A stretch of DNA of 64,000 nucleotides, taken from Nymphaea colorata. Lineage: Eukaryota. Shown in pieces: positions 49,668-62,474 of this stretch. The position numbers and the translations under genes are program-made. The DNA is taken from assembly GCF_008831285.2 (NCBI RefSeq), contig NC_045138.2:13020001-13084000 (forward strand). Reading direction: 5' to 3'. The notes below the pieces were generated by a model. It was given only the letters and a program-made list of their open reading frames with translations, had not been told where the DNA came from and ran no database searches. Position 1 is the first letter of the stretch; each line of letters starts with the position of its first letter.

Positions 49668-51142
49668 GCGATCAAAGAGGGAATGGATGCTGTAATAGCT
49701 GTTGGTGGTGATGGTACGCGGACCTTACGGTAGTAGCCTATTTTTTGCTGTATTTTATTTGATTCACAAACTTGGAACTGCGTCCAGAAACTCTAAATCT
49801 GGAAGGTGGTCGTATGAATTTTGAAGACTGTGAGGAAGAAATGCAACTGTGGCATCTCTCAACTATTAAATATAGATTCAGTGTAACTTTACCTATAATG
49901 GAGGACTACTGATAACGCTTAATCTGTGCCACGGATTGAGATAAGGCCTTGTGTTCAATTTTGTGGAGGAAAAATTGCTTCAGCATGGAAAATATTCAAA
50001 GCATTTTCTTTAGAATTTATTAATAGCAAGAGGTTTTATCTGTTATTATATTTCAAGTTGGATTAATACTTGGTAGTTCTTTCAGGTTGTGAATGGCTTC
50101 TTTTGGGATGGAAAGCCTGTCCTGGCAAAGGCCAAGGTGATAAATGCAAAACTGCCCTTGGGGTATGCAATACTATGTTCTATTTGTTGCTCATAATCTA
50201 AATAAATTTCTGCCTGTATTTCTTGTAATATGCATTCAATATGGGTTATGTGCCTCTGAGTTATGTTTATAGTTCTATAAGGGATAAGGGATAAGAAACA
50301 TGATCATACTAATGATGGGAACTACTTTCTTTTCAGTTGATTCCACTAGGAACTGGATCTGATTTTGCAAGAACTTTTGGTTGGTCAGTTTGCCATTTTC
50401 TGATATAGTTAGAACTTATATGTTAGGTTATATGCCCTCATAATGTCTGTTTAATTTTGTCAGGAAGAACGACCCTAATCAAGCTATTGATTGCATTGCT
50501 GCTTTTAGGCTTAAAGCAAACCTCAAACCTCCAATTTACTTGCCATTTATAATATGCTTGAGTTGCATTTGATTTCTTAAGTTCTTAACAATCAGTTTTG
50601 CTGTCTAGTTCTTTGTGATTTTAATGCAATGAACTGAACATTGAAATGCTTGCAGGACTGAAGAAATACACAGATGTTGGTGTGACTAGTCAACTAGGTT
50701 CCAAACATCATTACTTCTTGAATGTTGCAGATGTTCACTTGTACGTTTCATTGATTGAGTTTGCTGGAACTTGCACAATTTCTAATGATGGCTTCATGAT
50801 TTTTTTGTGAAAGCACACAGAAGTGCAAAGGCCGGCTATTATGCTTCTATGTAAAAAAAATTTGGCAATCTATGTTATGTTTTTGTTGCTATGAGAGGTT
50901 TCATTGGGCACAAAAACCGTGATCTGAGGATAAGGGTTGGTAACATGTCTGATAATACTCACTCAGTCTGTAGTCTCAGTTATTTATGTACATTACGTTG
51001 TATAATTGTATTTTGTGCACTTTAGACTGGTGAATGGGAATTAGTTCCTAAAGTAACAGCCCTATGCATAGGGAATCCTAAATCCTTTGGTGGCGGTATG
51101 AAAATAACCCCACATGCGGAACCTCACAGTGGAAACCTTGAG
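49668..51142 (+). pseudogene. Internal 7-exon fragment of a DAGKc-family sphingoid long-chain-base kinase 2-like (LCBK2/YegS-like) gene
   Basis: Exons: 49668-49718 AIKEGMDAVIAVGGDGT; 50086-50162 VVNGFFWDGKPV..TALG (frameshift); 50337-50383 LIPLGTGSDFARTFGW; 50464-50500 KNDPNQAIDCIA; 50656-50740 ..DVGV..HYFLNVADVHL; 50821-50935 [19 protein letters not shown].. (TAA at 50852); 51026-51142 [38 protein letters not shown]. Mostly GT-AG introns; two donors are lost. Confidence 0.88.
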
Positions 51143-51230
51143 GTTTTAGAATTTTCTTTATTTTCATCCGTTGAAAGAGGGAGGCATCTTACACCTGAGG
51201 GATGCTAAGGATTAGAGTCGCTGCTTATAA

Positions 51231-51458
51231 TAGAAACTCCCTATCGGGCATGGATAGGTTTGAAGGATTGGTTGATGAATGCTTTGTTAATTGTAGAGAA
51301 GCCAAAGGAGGATGTTCACACTATGGGGTTTAGAAAGGTCTGTTTATAGAAACTCCCTATGGGGCATGGATAGGTATGAAGGATTGGTTGATGAATGCTT
51401 TGTTAATTGTAGAGAAGTCAAAGGAGGGATGTTCACACTATGGGGTTTAGAAAGGTCA
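51231..51458. repeat. ~116-bp tandem duplication
   Basis: TAGAAACTCCCTAT...GGGGTTTAGAAAGGTC x2. Confidence 0.88.
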
Positions 51459-51896
51459 CTTGTCTCCGACCAACTAGTGGTGCAAGGCTGCAGGCGGCCT
51501 AGTGAGTGGGAGTCCTACCGAAGCATCTCTTGATGTTGGCAAGTTAATGGTGAGAGTTGCAAGCCGAGTCTTTTTTTTCTTGGAAGGAGGCGAAATTGTG
51601 ATTGTCTTTCCATTCAGAGTGTCTACAAGTGAGTTTAAAAAAAGGGTGGTGGGTGGACTATTAGATGAGCAAGAACAAGCAAAGTGGATCGGTGCACTAC
51701 TCGTTGTAGGCATACAGAGAGGGTGGTGGGTCGACTATTAGATGAGCAAGAACAAGCAAAGTGGATCGGTGTACAGAGAGCTGCAGTTAGATGGCTTGCA
51801 ACTATGCAATCGAGTTAGTACTTCCTGCAAAAACTAGGGGACTCAATGTCATTGAGGGCAGGAACGGAGCAGCAAGTTTGGAGAAGATGGGTAATC

Positions 51897-54800
51897 AACA
51901 GCTTGTTAGAGTCCATCTTACCATAGCTATAGCTGGAACTATGCGAGACAAAGTAGTTCCAATGGGGCAGGCTGAACTCTCTAAAGATGCTACCATTGGG
52001 TATCAATTTTTTAAAACATGCTTGTGGGTAGAGAAAAAAAAGACCGGAAAGTCACCTGCTAGTAGTGTTGCATCAATATACCCCAAGCTTTAAGCTTTTA
52101 GGAGGGGTTGCACCTTAAGATCTTTGCAGCTGTCATGGTAGCTTGAACAGGCAATAGGCATTGTTGATAAAAGGGAGACAGAGTTAAGAATGATCCAGGC
52201 AGAATTGGAGAGGAGGCATGTAGGTGACCGAATGGTTACAAGCATTGTATCTGTCGGAGGGGGAACGAGACGGAAGCCTATAATAAATCCGAAAAGAAAT
52301 GAATGATGCATTATCTGTGATGATAGTAGGATCACATGTTCCTCGGAGTACTAAGCAGGTAGAGGGGCATATATCACAATTCAGACATTTCCAAACCTCC
52401 AAACCTTTAAAGATAAGTGAAGAGATTGCTCAGCCTTCAAGAATGATGAGTACCTTTCTTAATATCCTGAGGCACACCTTGTTGATGACCCATTTCCAAC
52501 CAGTCACAGAAAACTCGTCTGACGAGCACTTTGAAGTTAATTTCAAGGTTAGGCTACATGATTCTGGCAAATTTTTGATGTGAGAACCATAAATGTAAAA
52601 TCTCTTGTTCCTCAAGTTGGCACGATTCTCAACTCTGGGAGGATTCAAGATGCAACCTTCTATGTTCACAATGTAATTTTTGCGTCTTAATTTCAATTGA
52701 ATTTCAAGTCCTTGTTACAATCAATGATTTAAAATCTTGAGATCTAAAATTTCAAAATTTCACATCACCTGTCGGATTTTAGACATGAGGCAAAAATTTG
52801 GTCTTTACAAGCAGATTTTCCTTCTAGACTTCGGATTTCACGGTCGCAGTAGCTTGCGTTCATGATTCTGGCAAATTTTTGATGTGAGAACCATAAATGT
52901 AAAATCTCTTGTTCCTCAAGTTGGCACGATTCTCAACTCTGGGAGGATTCAAGATGCAACCTTCTATGTTCACAATGTAATTTTTGCGTCTTAATTTCAA
53001 TTGAATTTCAAGTCCTTATTACAATCAATGATTTAAAATCTTGAGATCTAAAATTTCAAAATTTCACATCACCTGTAGGATTTTAGACATGAGGCAATCA
53101 GTTGCCTTCATGTCTGTAAGGGAGCATTTGGTTGTATTTGATCTAAAATTCTAAAGGTTTGAGAACTGTGAATTTAATATCAGACTTCCCCCCTCCAATC
53201 TTGCATCACACCTTTTCTTAATATCAAAGTATTTCAAGCTTGAATCTAGTTTGATGAATCATGGATTTTACAAGAAATCTTATCACATCAGCAAAGACAT
53301 GCAACATTAAATCCACGTCACATTCATGAATTTCAAATATGAATTATCAGATGCCCCAAAGTTGATGCATGGATAGCTTTAAGCCAATTACACATGTTTT
53401 TGTTGACTTTCTGTGTTTTTCTTGAGACGATGCTTCTCATCCTCCATAGCATGACCCAAGCCCCTGCTCTTCTAGTTAAGAAAATTTTCCCTTTATTTAT
53501 GTACCTTTTTTACAACCAATTTTTCTTTTTTTTTAAAAAAAAAAACCTTTCTTTTTCTTGTTATTTCGAAAGGATGCATGCACATATGGACCAAAGTGTA
53601 GCGTCCTACGTCCTATCTGACTATTTCTTAATTTCTTCTTGAATCTGGGCAGCTAATTTCCCTTCTATTTCGTTATCTTCTTTTTCGAGATTTGGTTTGA
53701 CATTATCAATTAGTTTAGATTAAGTGGTGCTGTTGGTTTTGCATTTTGAGATGAGGTCTACTTAACTTTGCGATGTTTTGATTATCAAGTTTTGCAGAAA
53801 AAGTAACAGAGAACAAACAAACAGAGTAACTCATTGCCCAACAGAAAAAAAATATACTAGTCCGCAAAAATAACTAGGAATTGAGCTTCTCCATGCTCGG
53901 GCCGAAGGTTCACTACAATAGACATTAGATCTAGAACGGGCCCGTCCTAAATCCAGCTATTAGAAGTTCTTACACTTCTGAAAACACCGCTGTTCACCAT
54001 AAATCCTTGCGGCATTTTCTTTCGTTTCTTTTCGAACCCTAAATCCTCCGCTGTCTCTCTCTCCCCCCCCTTACACTCCATTGCTTGCCCTCTCTCACGA
54101 TCAATCGTCACAACTCCCTCTCTTTCTCAAATCTAGATTTCTATCTCATCCAAGGGATGAAACAATTTTTTTTCCAACAAAGATTTGCTTCACTAAATGC
54201 CAAGCAGAATCAGATTCACAAGATTGAGGTAATGTGGCTCAAACTTGCCTATTTTCTGTTTCTTTCTAATCTCCTCTCTATCTCAATTACCGGTAACTTT
54301 ACATTTGATTCACGGAGTTCGGTGTAATGGTTGGGTTTTTGTTATTTCATTCACGAATCTTTTCTGGTTCTGAATTTGTGTTTTTTCATTTTCGTCGTCT
54401 CCTTTCTGGCATTTATCCAGATTGACCGAAATTAGCTGCAGAACCACGTCGCATCTGTCTATTTGCTTTATAACAAGAACTTGGATCATTATTTCAAATT
54501 AAATTGAATGGATGCCGATGTTTGGAATGGCAATATGGTTTCCAGAATGAAAGTGCAAATCGATAACGCAAACGGTGCAAATGGTGTATATGGCATAGTA
54601 TGTTTGTGCACAATTGGCCTTTTGTTAACGGCGGTTGGTTTCCTCGAATTAAAATTTGTCAATTCCTGTTATCAGCCTATCAATTCCATATATGTACTTC
54701 CGATTGTTCAAACGACAAAGATGTGGGAGGATTTGGGGATAGACACCGATGTAGATGAAGATGATGAAGGTCGAGGTTCCGAGATGCTATGATGGAAGAA

Positions 54801-57800
54801 AGAAGAACATCGACAATCCCTTTCTCGTGGGTTGAATTTCCAAGGTACGACCCCATGACACATTGCCTTTCCAGTTCTGTAGCCTATAGGTTTCTATGTA
54901 TCGTCTCGCTCTCGTTCTCTGTTAGCGTCTGTGTCTAATCTTTCATCCATTGGAAGGGCCTGGTTAGGTCTTTCAAATGCGACACGTGGTGTGTATGTTG
55001 GAAGCTGTGCGTCCCTTGAAAAGCTAGAACTCCTAAGGGTTCCGATCTCTCATCTGTGCGCATTGGCGCGATCGTTAAGCTTTCTGAAGGATGTATGGTT
55101 GTTTGTTGCACAAAATTGCAGCGGATATTTGTCTCCTACACTTTTTTGCAATGAAATATGCTCTCCTTCTGTCAACCAGCTGCAATATAGATTTCTTCGC
55201 TGAAGCCTTCCTTCTGTTTTTCTTTATTCTTTTTTTTTTCTCTCTACATTCTTATGTGCTACTAATTGTATTAGATATAACATGTTAACGAGTTAGAGTA
55301 TATTCTTTATCCCTCTAACTCGGCTTGTGAACATCTCTACTAATAACTCATACTTGAAGTCAAAACCAATTCAGCATAAGTAGCTTATCATCATCAAACC
55401 ATTCATGTGACACGCACACGCACATCGAAGCTTGACCACCAAGAACAATCCAAGATGCCCGCCCTTCAAAGCTGTTTATCACCCTTAAACTTGCCCTGTT
55501 GATGTCCAAGATGCTCATCTGCCAACCAACAAATTGTCCAATTCACTTGATGTTCTTTAAAGTTTTTAAGGTTGAATGTTAAGCTTCCTGAAAGACATTT
55601 ATTACGCATTTAAAGCGGAAGGTAAAATATAGGCTGACTTCACCTAAACTGACACAGAACTTCCAGGGTATATTTGGGTCTATATTTGTTATTAAAGATT
55701 TCATAGAAGTTCAAATTTGATGAGTAAGTTATTTGAAGATTCCAAGGAGTAATCATGCATAATAAGAACTTATTTATTTCGATAACTATTAAGCACTGAG
55801 AGGAATTTTACTGGTCATTCAGATTCTTCTAATGATCTTTGCATACGTAGTAGCATAGGCAGCATTTACTTGTTATGGATGTTCATGGAGGGAAATTTTT
55901 CCTATTTTTTATATGCAACTTTGAACCTAACCTACATTATGCAATTTGGCAACGTTTCAAGCGTGTCTTGAATATCAACCAAATTCTGTTGATTGATGAT
56001 GAACCACATCTCAATCAACTATCAGGAACAAGAACCCGTTCAGATTCAGTTGCATTTGTTTTCAACTTTTTCAATTCATGAACCTCTGTTTACAATGACA
56101 AGGTTTTTTTTATATATATATATTAAATTGTTTGTTTAATGTTTAACTTTTTAATTAAGAAATCTCTTGTTTTTGTAATTTTGAAATCATAGATCAAGGT
56201 AAACTACGTATTCTATTTATCCATTTGATAGATGATGCATTGACTTTGGTCATGTGACGTTTCCTGTACCATAGTCGCTTCTAGATCCATGTGCAGCTCT
56301 GTAAGAAAAAAAAATGTGGGGTCCATATCTGATCATGGAAGCTCTCTGATCATTCGTAGTTATATGTTATTTATAACATTGACGGAAGATGAAGTTGGAA
56401 GGATGCATGAGAGTTTACCATTGATCTTGTTTCATAATTCATTCACATTAACTCGTGGATAATGTTGCTCTTGGTAAGTTTCTGGCTTTGATTTTGAAAA
56501 AAAACTGTTAGTCCATAAGTTGACGATGCTCATTGAATAGGCCACCATAATCCAATTGATGCAGCTAGTTGTGTTCGGCCATAATATGTCTTCAAACCAT
56601 CAATTATGTTGGTGGTTCTATTTCGATTGAGACATTCTAAAATCAATAGTAGTGCAACTTCCATTTCTTTGATTGTGGTTGCTATTGATGTATTTTGCTT
56701 ATCAATGATGGGCTTTTGGCCCAGACTGAGTCTTAGAGATGTGTACAAAAGGGATTGAAAATCTGGGTGGTTAAGTTTGCTGGAGACTTACTTAATCCTT
56801 ATTAGGTTTCCTATCCGAACTTCGTTCATGAGGTTTGTGCATACATGGTAACATAAACCAGAAGGGAAGAGGGAATCATCTGAACTAGTTTGGTTGAGAG
56901 CAAGGCTTGTATTCTTTAGTGAGTTCTTAGTTCACATTTTAAGCTCTAGGTTAACTGTTCAAATATTAGACATACTCATGTTGGTCTCTATAAAAACCTC
57001 TCTGGTTCATTGTCACTATATGTTTGGTTTGATATCCATAATTTGTCTGTTGCAAGGAACCTTTTCTGTTTCGTAGAGGGGAATTTAAGGGAATCAATTT
57101 TGAGGGAGTTTTTTCATGCAAACACCAAGATGCTTCTGGACAGCAATATGAAGAATGGCAAATGATGTAGCTGCCAAAGGTGAATGGTGGTTGTTGTTGG
57201 ATTGCTCGTGCACACTTCAGAAGCAAGTCCCAACTTCCATTGGTTGCGGAATGATCAGGTGCAATACCACAGGCATCAAACTGAGGTCGATTCCTCAAAA
57301 CATTTCCTTCATTTATGTGCAATCATATTATGAGAAACACCCGCAGAAAATCCCACGTTCGACATGAATTCCTCCAAGCGCTTTGCATTTGTCAGCTAGA
57401 GGTAGAGGTAACTGATCAAGATTCTACATACTTAAATAAACATAATTTCAATGCTAAACGAAATTGAACAATTGAAATAGGAAATAATGTGGACTGCAGT
57501 TTTCGAACAATGAAGCCAATTAGAATGACAAACTATCCGATATTAGGAAGTCTGAGTATGAAAGAGTGCAAGTACCTTCAGTGCAGAAATCAACATGTCA
57601 AGTCGATTTTTCATAGACAGTTTATTAAACAGATAAATGTGTTTTAGCATCAAAGATATATGTGTTAAATTACCAGAGAGAGAGAGAGAAGAGAGGTAGG
57701 CCTGGCACCTCTGGGGCGTGGGTTCCAAATAACACCGGCTGTATTTTCAGCCGGTTTGCATGATTAGTTTTAATAACGTATACCGGTGGCTAATATCACC

Positions 57801-60800
57801 GTTATAGCTCTACAGCGGTGAACACTTCCAACGGCGACGAGCAGCACCGGTAAAAGTACGATTTAGCGGGGGAAAGTATCATCGGTATAAGCAAGTATAG
57901 CGTCGAAAAAACGCACCGGTATAGACAAATACCGGTAGTCTTCGTCGCCGCTATTGAGCTATAACGGTGGTTTTTTGCCAAACATGTCTTCCGTTGTTGT
58001 TTAACAAGAATCAGCTTGAATTTGAAGTGCTTCGTTTAGCTTTTGTTTTATATATAATTCAAGCTGATAAATACAAGATTCCCATACCTTCAAATATGCC
58101 TATTACCGTTCAAATTTGATGTAAGTTCTGGTAATTATATTTTTTTCACATTCACGAGACATGACGGCATGGGTCTGTCAGTATTGTTTAGAAATCAGGG
58201 AAGTCTTTGGGATCATTTACAGGTGTGCCGAGACATTTAAAGAAATTTAGTACAGGTTGCATCTCAATTGAATCAGCAGAAAAGAAACGTTGCATCTGGT
58301 ATTTAATTGATTGTGGGAGTGCAGATCTGTCTGAAGTAATTGCACTGACGTTCAAGTGAAATTAAGCAGATAGTTAAATAACAAGTGAATAAACGAGCCT
58401 TGTATAACACTACATCTTCAACCCAAAGAGGACTGGTGTAAAATCTTGTCTTCAAAAGCAGATTTTCCAATGATATTTGTTGTTCTCGACTTCAGACTTG
58501 AGGGTCTCATTAGTTTACATTCATGATTCTGTCAAATTGTTGATGTGAGAACAATATATGTAAAATCTCTTGCTTATGAAGTTCGCATGAGTCTCAACTC
58601 AGGGGAGATTTGAGATGCAACCCTGTATATTCAGAATGCAATTTATGCATCTTTACTGGTGCTGCCGTACTTTCTTCTGCTGAATCTACTGTCATATGTT
58701 AGTTCGGTTGATACTGGTGTGAGGTGCAATAAGAAGAGCGTTGTCAATATGGTTACTGGGGATGCTGCGAGGTGATCAAGTTTCTAAGACTAATCAGTCA
58801 CGCTCGAAAGCGTCAAGCACACAAGTAGGATCATTGCTGACCAGACTGGACTTCAATTGTTGTATAGTGGCATTCCGATTCGAGATTGAAGGCATTTCAA
58901 AGGTACCGTTTGCTTCATGAATGGAACCTGTTATCTGGATCTGCACATGGCAGGCAGATCAAATATTAAACGAACTCTTACTCTGGATTATTTGAATGGA
59001 AAGAGTAAGTTTTGCACAATATTCATCATGTGACTAATATAGGTTCAATTTTTATCTTCAAAATCAACAGTTGTGAACTTGACAAAACTTGTAGGACGTG
59101 CTTCTCGCTTGTTATATTATCAATTGCTTAGACCGTTTTTTGTTTATAAAATAGACATGATAACTAACTTTAGGACTTATTATGGACAGAAAGCTGTCCT
59201 TTTTTGGTTTTCTTAACTTGTTTGATCTGTAAAATTTAATTTAGTGTATTGGTCAGTCGCTGTCTTTCTCAGCTTCCAATATTTGACTTAAAAAACCAAT
59301 TACTTGACCTTAATTCTCATTGTTTTACATTTAAATCATGTCTACTACAGCACCTAATTGTGATTGCAACAAAGGCATGAGAACAGAGGCAAGAGAAACA
59401 AACCAAACAGGAATATGTCGAGGCTTCTGTTGGGCATGTATTCATTGACCAAACCAAAATCCTCTCTTCTCTTCCCTTCCTCTTCAATACAACAGCCTAT
59501 AAGCTGGCTTTGCTATTAACCTCACTTCATTCATAAGCTCCATAGACAGCTACTTCCTGCATACCCTTTCAATCACAAAATGTAAACTTATTATCTGTTT
59601 TTCTTTTTCGTCAATGACTGGAAATCCAACAAGCAGATTGTCCACTAGAAGCACTTGAATTCTTATAAGCCTCAAATAGCCTGTGTGAGACAATGTCATC
59701 ATGCCTTTGAGAAGTCCACTATTTATCACCCTTTATGCCATTTTCAGTAGTGGATTAATCTGATTTCTGCCAATTTTTTAATCTGACTCTACTTATAAAC
59801 CAAAAGGCTCAAATCTAAAAGTGATCAGAAAAGAAAAATTCAAAATCCGACAATCTCTTAGGTCTCTCTAATTTCTAACAAACTTAAAGTAATATAAAAA
59901 CTGTTGATTTGGATTCATATAGAATCCAATCCAATTTGTCGGATTTTGACAAATTCTTTTAACCTATATTTTAAATCTTGTGAGTTTTTCTAGGAATTCG
60001 ATTTCCGAGAACCATCCGCGCACGGTATCTGGCGACACATGCCAGACGATCATAAATAATGGAGCACAAATTATATCTATATATATATACACAAACACAC
60101 ATGTAAAGAAGTGTGGGGGAGAGAGAGAGAGAGAGAAAGTGAGAGAGGGATATAAGTGATAGTTTGTATGCAGAACCGAAGCCACCTTGTATAAGCTTAT
60201 TTGATTGGAAGAAATTTTTGGTTGCTGCCATGATAAGTTGTAGGTCAAATAGTGCCAGCTCCAAGCTTTCGCTCTTTTTATTTTTTCCCACACTGAATAT
60301 TAGCAGGATGGCGTGCTTTTTTTGAATGAATCTATGCCCACCTCAAACCAATGTAATTTCAGTGAGAAGCATGAAAGTTCTAGCACATTGAATTTCTTCG
60401 TTCCAGAAGAGACCTCCTCTTACCATGCATCACAAGTAGTGCATTTTTTTACTTTGCATTGCTTCTTTGTTTTAATGACATGATAATACACAGTTTTTAT
60501 GCTCACAAGAGCTGATTATCAAATGAATAATCCGCCATTTCATTTCAGAATTTGATAATTTAAAGTCACAAAACCGCAGTATTTTAAAAATAAACTAAAA
60601 AAACGCGAGATTTTAATTTGCAACGCGTTTTTAAAAAAAACGGTCCGCTCGGAAAAAAACGCGTTTTCTTCGCGTCTTCTTTTACGCTTCTTTCGTTTGA
60701 GGCTGACGGTGGCATCATTTGTAATTTTAAAAAACATTTAATGGTAGATGCAGAATAAATTTTATAAAACCTTGAAGGGCATTTTAGGGTTTTAGAGTTT

Positions 60801-61833
60801 TGCAAATTTCCGACTTCCAACAGCCGAAACAGGAAAACTCGTCGGCATTTTAGGGTTTTGCAAATTTCCGACTTCCAACTCGCCATTCCGATGGAATGAC
60901 TCACCGGCGTTTCTCCCTTGACCGATTTCCTGTGAGCGGCAACCACAAAGGTGGTACTTGCCGTCGGACCGGTGCTTTTTCCGGCACCCAGCAGATCTCC
61001 GACCGGCGAGAAGCAGCCACAGCGGTAGGATTCGATTACAAACGATGGATGTCGCGGTCTATTTTAATGAATTTCAGTCTGTTTGTGTTGGATCTTTTAG
61101 TTTATTGTTCCTTGGCTTTTTTTTTTGTTGTTTTGGTTTTTTTTTTAAGCTATGCATTCTGTCCCGTCAGATTCTCTGTCCGTTAGAAACTCTTCGGTTT
61201 TTGTTTTTGGATTTTCTGTGCCGTGGAATGGATAACGGGTTACGTGTATTTCTGATTTTTTTTTTTTTGTTTCTGTGGAATCCATGTTTTGTGCGTAGCT
61301 CTTCCGCTGAAGACTGGTTTCAGTTTCCTTTTGTGTTTGATGGCCTGGAGTTTTTGATTCCAGAATTGAAAAGACTTGTTTGATGAAATGATAATTAAAA
61401 ATCTGGAATTCAATTACTGTTGGATATCAGCAGCACACAAATGCAGCCATTCCATCCCAAGTGGAGCATCTTCATCAGATCAGTTGAACTTATTGTAGGC
61501 TTTGATCCGTGCACCAGCTTCCTTAACAAAGGCTTCCGATCAAATGACAAATTAGAATCTATTTTTGAGTTTCATCATCTGCAAGTTTTTCAACTGAAAA
61601 GTGATGCTTCATTTTAGATGGTAAAGAATGAGAATGGGTTGGTCGTGTTGCCCAAATAACTAATTGAACTGTGGTCCAGCAGAGAGAGAGAGAGATATGA
61701 CGAAAATAACAGTGAGTACACCAACAATAATCACGATAGAAAGGAATGAATTCCAAGGTTCATAAAAAACATAAATTTATGCTCATTAACATCTAAAGCA
61801 GTTTTCGGGTTATCTGATAACACTTGGAAAGGC
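51897..61833. repeat. Duplicated block B, copy 2 (empty-site version)
   Basis: Matches 8029-10865 joined to 16110-23333. A single GTGTA lies at 54584-54588. Confidence 0.96.
60163..60292 (-). pseudogene. Receptor-like kinase (S-domain/CRK-type) juxtamembrane/kinase subdomain I exon fragment
   Basis: ESLELALFDLQLIMAATKNFFQSNKLIQGGFGSAYK matches the ELPLFD...AATNNF...NKLGQGGFGSVYK consensus. The first glycine-loop Gly is replaced, there is no GT donor, and no clear further kinase exons follow. Confidence 0.75.
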
Positions 61834-61962
61834 CATGACAGTAGACATCATTTAGAACAAGAGACATTTAGCAGCCAATTATATAGGCATTTTTTATTGA
61901 ATAGGCTATATGATGACCATACCGCCATTGGCACCTATGTCCACATGAGGACCTGACTTGCC

Positions 61963-62092
61963 ACAAAGCAAAGAGGCTACTTTGTAACCACGGATGGAGA
62001 CTGCTGGGGATATCTCACCTTTTGATTGGCAAAGCAAAGAGGCTACTTTGTAACCACGGATGGAGACTGCTGGGGATATCTCACCTTTTGAT
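61963..62092. repeat. ~67-bp tandem duplication
   Basis: CAAAGCAAAGAGGCTACTTTGTAACCACGGATGGAGACTGCTGGGGATATCTCACCTTTTGAT x2. Confidence 0.9.
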
Positions 62093-62440
62093 CTCAAAGA
62101 ATTGGGTTCCAGTGAAGTGAACTTTTTACAAACAAAGAGTTTAGCTGAAACTTTTATCAATATTGCGCTGATTGCTAAATTAATTATACCTTATTGTTCT
62201 TGCTAACATTTTCTATTTTTCCAATTATTAGAAGTTCTTTTTAGGCCCTTATTTGATAGTTTTCCTGAACTTATGGCCCTTATTTTAAAAACTGTAAAAG
62301 ATATTGGTTCCAATTTTTTGAATATGGGCAAAAGATGTGCCTAAAAATGGACTTTTTTCTTTGATGATTGAAGAACCTTGAAAAGCTACACTACTTAGGT
62401 GTAGTGGTTAACAAACATTTGTGTAGTTGTAAACCTAATG

Positions 62441-62474
<34 letters not shown>

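Noticed and set aside
48955..51142. Functional Ran or LCB-kinase gene
   Set aside because: Both are truncated and carry frameshifts, lost splice donors and an in-frame TAA.
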